Positions 57,818-64,000 of a DNA stretch of 64,000 bases are shown here, one piece after another (positions within the stretch are counted from its first letter, which is position 1; each line of letters begins with the position of its first letter). This DNA is from Eledone cirrhosa (Eukaryota), in contig OZ024744.1 in NCBI GenBank assembly GCA_964016885.1, positions 72,292,001 through 72,356,000 of the forward strand. Reading direction: 5' to 3'. The position numbers and the translations under genes were made by a program. Below the pieces are notes generated by a model that was given only the letters and a program-made list of their open reading frames with translations, did no database searches and was not told where the DNA came from.

Positions 57818-58474
57818 AAATATAAATGTATATATAATATGTAGTTTGGCTGCTTAGAGCATAATTTAATACACATTAAAATTAATAAAGAACATATGCG
57901 TCAATTTTAAGCAAATTTGTACGACCATTTTAGTAATTCTAATATATTTGGTAGGACTTATAAGGTCAACAGCTACTTATTTCTTTGTGATTGTTTATAT
58001 ACATGTGAACTATAACAGTGACAGAGTGGACACCAAGTTAGTGGAGAAGAACCAGAGGGTGGCCAAAGGACAGATAACGCGCTGATCTGACCCGAAACCT
58101 CCTGGAGGTCAACCAGGGTGGGGGTCTTCTAACAAGAGTGAGAAGACCATAGATTTTGAGATGTCAACATGAATGGACCGGTTATTTCTATCTAAAGATA
58201 TTTTTTGCAATTCCACCCCGCCTGTCCCTTCAATCTATCATATTTCTCATTCTTTCTTCTGGCGAAGGACTAGCGTCCAAAACGTTAAGACCCTCTTCCT
58301 GCTATTTCAAGCGTTAACCTAATATATTCCTTCCATATACTGTACCGATTGTGTTGTTCTTTCTGTTTACCTTTTACATCGGGGTCCTGAATCTTTTCAT
58401 ACTACCCACTCTACTACCCCACGTATTGAGTACTTTGGTGGGTTATGGTCCACTTCGTATTTTAACAGACCCTT

Positions 58475-58520
<46 letters not shown>

Positions 58521-58862
58521 GGCGAGATGGGGAAATAGACAGATACTTAGCCGCATATATACATATATGTATATATAGATCCTTTTATTACTGAATATTC
58601 AATCCACGTAAAATCACTGTAATTCTAATTACAACGGCTAACGCTCGTTGTAATTAGAATACATGTCAACTAACTATAGCTGCATGTGTGTGTCTGTCGA
58701 AGGAGTGACAGAGATATGTGTGAGAGAGAGGTTAGCGAGCACTCGCTTTGCTGACGCATCGGAGTGATGTTGTAAATAAATGGATAAATCAACTAATATT
58801 TACTATATTATAAATATTAAATTCTTCCTTTTTTGTAGACGAGATCATTAGATCAGACCTTC

Positions 58863-58978
<116 letters not shown>

Positions 58979-59369
58979 TGGGGCCTAATATATATACATT
59001 TTTTTTTTTCCGAAATGCACCTAATTGCTTTTTTAATGTACGAAAGGAAACTCTGGGTATATCACTGAAAACCTGATTAAAAATAATATGAAAATAAAAA
59101 ATAATGATAATAATTTGTAAGCCTCAAGGTGCAGACACACAGAGTTTATCAACTTCCTATCAAAATAATATTTAATATACCAATAAATTAATTGACGCCG
59201 CAAGTGAAAATGTTTAATCTGAAAACTAATTTTAACCTTTGGATCCTAAGATGAGAATTTTGTGTGGTCTTTATCCGGGTGGTTGCCTGAATGGCTGATG
59301 TATATATTCACATATAAATATGTATCTAAATGTTTAAATGCACTTGCACAAACACACACGTATATACCT

Positions 59370-59433
<64 letters not shown>

Positions 59434-59472
59434 GTATATGTATATACACACAAACATACCTATTATATATAT

Positions 59473-59528
<56 letters not shown>

Positions 59529-59557
59529 TACACACACACATATATATATATATACAC

Positions 59558-59588
<31 letters not shown>

Positions 59589-59610
59589 TATATATATATG
59601 TGTGTGTGTA

Positions 59611-59674
<64 letters not shown>

Positions 59675-59711
59675 ATATATATATATAATAGGTATGTTTG
59701 TGTGTATATAC

Positions 59712-59759
<48 letters not shown>

Positions 59760-59779
59760 ATATATATATACACACAAAA

Positions 59780-60042
59780 GTCACCTCAAAAGTGACACAG
59801 AAGAGACTGAGGTTAGCTGGACATGCTCACCGACATCCAGAGTTGACATTGCACTCAGTGCTCCTGTGGGAGCCCCTACATGGACACACTGGAAGAGGAA
59901 GACGAAGGTTAACGTATGTTGATGCCCTAAGGACAGACACTGGTCTGTTGGAGACGCAGGATATGGCAGCGATAATGAGGGACAGAGACCGTCGGAGAGA
60001 ACTCGTCCAAGGATCTCGGGAATTTTACCCGCCCTAGATATA
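59780..60042 (+). mobile_element. RTE-clade 3' fragment
   Basis: Near-identical to 9870-10124. Confidence 0.88.
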
Positions 60043-60431
60043 TCATATATATATACACACATATACAACACACACACACATATATATATATATATTTATA
60101 TATATATATACATGCACACACATATAGACCAGAGAAATGTTTTATACACTCTCAGAAATCTGAGAATAAAAACAAGAAGGTTACGCAATAATATAAGACA
60201 TGGAAGAGTGGGAATAGTGACACACATATTCAAACGGAATGGAAAGATCATAAATATATATATATAGAGAGAGAGAGCAATAGTTCCCAACCATGGGTTT
60301 TGCGAGCTAAGTAACAAATTTCAAACACTTTTGTTATAAACACAATTTGCACATGATATTGGGTATCTAGTCTTCTCTGAATATAAACATTTCTCTCTTT
60401 CGATTATTAGTATTATTATTACCACCGTATA

Positions 60432-61030
60432 AGGGTGGTGGTTTGGCAGTATTGGTAGAGCATCGGACACCATGCTTCGTGGCATAGAGTTATGGTCCTT
60501 TACATTCTGAGTTCAAATCCCGTCGAGTTTAGCTTTGCCTTTCATCCTTACGGGCTCGGTAAGATAAAGGGCTGTGGATTGGCAGTATCGGTAGAGAGTC
60601 GGACACCATGCTTTGCAGAATAGAGTTACGGTCCTTTACGGTCTGAGTTCAAATCCCGCCGAGGTTAACTTTGCCTTTCATCCTCACGGGGTCGATAAAA
60701 TAAAGTACCAGTGACACACTGAGGTCGATTTAATCGACTTCCCCCTCTCCCAAATTACTGGCCTTGTGTCTATATAAGAAATCATTATTACCACCGTATA
60801 AGGGTGGTTGGTGGTTTAGCAGTATTGGTAGAGCATCGGACACCCTGCTTCGTGGCATAGAGTTATGGTCCTTTACATTCTGAGTTCAAATCCCGCCGAG
60901 GTTAGCTTTGACTTTCATCCTTACGGGCTCGATAAAATCAATAATGTACCAATAACGCACTGGGGTCGATTTAATCGAATTTCATCTCCTCAAAAATTGT
61001 TGGCCTTGTGCCTAAATCAGAAACCATTAT
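60432..61030 (+). mobile_element. Tandem SINE family 1 array of three copies
   Basis: 60432-60565, 60569-60790 and 60801-61030; attattaccaccgtataag occurs three times. Confidence 0.9.
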
Positions 61031-61198
61031 TGTCACCGTATAAGAATCTAGATAAGGAGTAATTATAGTAATGGTAGTGGGGGGGGGAGAATTCAATGTA
61101 TGTATTTATATATCCATATGTGTATGAACATGTTTGTGTGTGTATATATACGTGTATGTATATGCATACATATAGATATACACATTTAATATAGAAAT

Positions 61199-61248
61199 GG
61201 CTTCTACATGAATAGAGCTGTTTCATTCGAAAGAAATCATCAGGAAAG

Positions 61249-61250
<2 letters not shown>
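61199..61250 (-). ncRNA. Type I hammerhead, family A
   Basis: Minus strand reads ggctttc-CTGATGA-tttctttcgaat-GAAAC-a..t-GTA-gaagcc; degenerate copy at 8325-8368. Confidence 0.75.
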
Positions 61251-61318
<68 letters not shown>

Positions 61319-61414
61319 TGTATGTATGTAAAAGCTAAACAGAAATAACAACACAGTCGCTACAGTATATGGAAGGGATATATTAGGTTAACGCTTGATA
61401 TAGCAGGAAGAAGG

Positions 61415-61450
61415 TCTTAACGTTTCGGACGCTAGTCCTTCATCAGAAGA
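61415..61450 (-). ncRNA. Minimal hammerhead, family C
   Basis: Minus strand reads tctt-CTGATGA-aggac-tagc-gtcc-GAAAC-GTT-aaga; stem III is the loopless palindrome AACGTT. Confidence 0.75.
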
Positions 61451-61679
61451 AATAATGAGAAATAAGATAGATTGGGGGGACGGGTGAGGTTGAATTGGAA
61501 AAAATGTCTTTAGATAAAAATAACAGGTCCATATATGTTGACATCTCTTGGAAAACTGTTGATGCTGGCGTTTTGTGTATGATTTATTTTTTAGAAAAGT
61601 TGATACATACATACATGATGATGGCTGCCCCCTCGTTATTGAGTATGACCATTATTAATAATTATTAATTAATTCTATC

Positions 61680-61980
61680 GTGCTATGCCTGTGCGTGAAG
61701 ATATTTTATAAAGTGAGGAAAGACTGTGCACTGAGCCAATCCCACTCTCTGAGTGACAGTAGCTATAACCCGAAAAGAAGAAAAGATCAACATCATCGGT
61801 AACTACTGAGCCACAGGTTTTATATCTGTTATCCCAGTTTCCTGAGTTACCTTCTCCTAGAGGAATGCCCTGACAAAGGCTAGGGTCCTTCACTCCCAGT
61901 GGTTTAACCGTGTGTAAGTATACATATTTACACACTTTCTGATGGCCGTTGACTCTTATGAGTTCTTCCGCCCTTTGACA
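61680..61980 (-). mobile_element. Probable LINE (RTE-like) 5' UTR fragment
   Basis: 61918-61978 matches 14948-15010; ctaggagaaggtaactc resembles RTE leader motifs. Confidence 0.4.
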
Positions 61981-62986
61981 TACATACATACATGCATACA
62001 TACATATTTAGATACAAGCACATCTGTATGAGTATGCGATAGAAATTGATTCAGTAATGATTATGACTCTTGTTGATTTGAGGCAAATCGAAGATGACTT
62101 TGATGTTATATGCCGGTTGATGACTTTTAGCTTTTCCACAACTATCACATAAATATCTCTTCTCCGTTAAATGATATGCAGAATCATGACAAGTGTGTGC
62201 ATCCGTATGTCCTCTCTGACTACTAATAGCAACACAACGTTTGTTACATGATATCTTTTTTTAAGGTGGTCATGATATATCATTAGTTTGCTTTGTTTAA
62301 TATAACCTTGAATGATTAACAAGATTAGGCTAGAGAAAGACAAGCCTGCTACAACATGAAGGAGAGTCATAATATTAAATGTGTTTCTTTTCCTTGCGTC
62401 CTATATCCAGACCTGCCAACCTCTAAACACCCAAACGGGGAGTACCATGAAATAAAAGTGCCCTAAAACGGGGAGAAATGAGGAAAAATGAGGAAAAATG
62501 AAAATACAATAGTTCATATAGAGTAATGAAAATGCTTCTCAAAATGCTTGGATATATTGAGTATACTTTTCCTCAATGTTGATCGATTAATTGTATTTCC
62601 ATTAATTTCCTAAATGAATATTGCCTTTCTTTTTTTCAGACCAGATTTAAAGCCAGTTTTGTATCTTAACTATGAGGGAGTGTTTTCCGAGAACCAATTT
62701 CTTTAAAGATTAAATGTTTCGAAATACTTTCATCTTCCTTGCAAACTATATGACCTGTTGAAGACAAGTTCTATGCCTACATTTCTTGACTCTAAAGCGT
62801 CAACATCATTTTCACTTGAAGATATATGTCAGAGAACCCTTATTATAAATATAGAGGAGTAAGTTAAATTTTACTGGTCGTAATTAGTAACATCTAACTA
62901 TATATCTATATATTTATCTCTCTATCTCTCTCTCTATCTCCCTCTCTCTCCCCCCTCTCTCTCTCTCCATCTCTCTCTCTCTCTCT

Positions 62987-63027
<41 letters not shown>

Positions 63028-63029
<2 letters not shown>

Positions 63030-63127
63030 AGGTGTCGCAAAAAACGTATACACGCCTTGATTACCAGTACAGGCAATATTTATTAGAATGTTGTTTTATA
63101 GTGCGTATATATTTTGGGGACAACCTG
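63028..63127. mobile_element. Possible Tc1/mariner-type MITE
   Basis: Imperfect TIR caaggtgtcgcaaaa / ttttgggacaacctg within a TA tract. Confidence 0.5.
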
Positions 63128-63204
63128 TATATATATATATATATATATATATAGAATAAGAAAAAGCGAAGTAGTCTCAGATGTTAAAGTCCTTTAATGA
63201 TAAT

Positions 63205-63279
63205 GCTGTGATGCATATTTCAATGACAACAGTGGCCACACGGTTCGGTGCGCCCAGTGCCGTGACATCATCAGACAGC
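63205..63279 (-). ncRNA. Type I hammerhead with long stem II
   Basis: Minus strand reads gctgt-CTGATGA-tgtcacgg...gttgtcatt-GAAA-tatgca-TC-acagc; perfect 5-bp stem I. Confidence 0.75.
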
Positions 63280-64000
63280 TCCTTACATAATAAGGTTATG
63301 TTTCCGAGGCAATCCAAATTGAATCGACATGGGAACGGACAAAGCGTGTGCTCTTGAATTCTTCGCTCGTTCCCTTGTGAGTCCCAATTCACCCCCACCG
63401 GTCTGCGCAGGCGCAAGTCCGAAGGAAGTTGACCATCAACTACCCTAATGATAGATGCATAACTAACCTTCGAAAATACGTTTGCAGTGTAGGTTTGTCA
63501 AAAGCTTGACACACAAATATCGGAACACGACACACAAAAAAAAGAAAAACAAGGAAGAGCATTGATAATAAATATTTAATGATTGACTTTCGTCAAATCG
63601 GACCGAGGAAACAATGTTCCCATTCATCTTTCCAATTGCTAATACTATCTATCGGTCGCAAATCCAGGTAGAAGGAACAACGTGAAATTAAGTGTCTTGC
63701 TCAATGACATAACGCATCGCCTGGTCCGAGTATTGAACTCACAACCTCACGATTGCGAATCCAATTCTCTAACCACTTAGCCACACGCCTTCACTTAATA
63801 AATAGATAGATTAATTAATTTATTAATCAATTAATTAATTAATTAATGTTTTCTAACAAATGTACTAATACATTTGTCACAACAGTAACATTGAAAGACA
63901 AAAATAATAATAAAGTAACAACAAAAAAATAATAATGGTTTCTTATGTTGGCACAAACCCATCTATTTTGGGGGAGGGGAAATTCGATTAAATCGTCCCC

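Overview
AT-rich, microsatellite-saturated eukaryotic DNA with no recognisable host gene. The two tRNA-derived SINE families resemble those of octopod cephalopods (recognised from memory, not searched). Almost all listed ORFs are translations of (TA)n, (CA)n, (CATA)n or trinucleotide repeats. The real content is retroelements and DNA transposons: a near full-length Tx1-clade LINE (37.2-42.9 kb, minus) and three truncated relatives, a decayed Penelope-like element (PLE) with pseudo-LTRs (49.8-53.5 kb), RTE, R4/Dong-like, CRE-like and CR1-like fragments, a deleted mariner, MITEs and about 30 SINEs. The main finding is that many short islands between (TA)n tracts contain type I hammerhead ribozyme (HHR) motifs. 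I count about 20 copies, intact or degenerate, from at least 8 unrelated-looking families. Many sit in fold-back inverted repeats and some start or stop at the predicted cleavage site, suggesting a large population of non-autonomous PLE/retrozyme-like elements associated with (TA)n. Secondary findings are microsatellite-flanked Tx1 lineages sharing a 3' hairpin, a twin-priming inversion in an RTE, and SINE arrays built by repeated insertion at one site. All folds and assignments were made by eye and coordinates are approximate.
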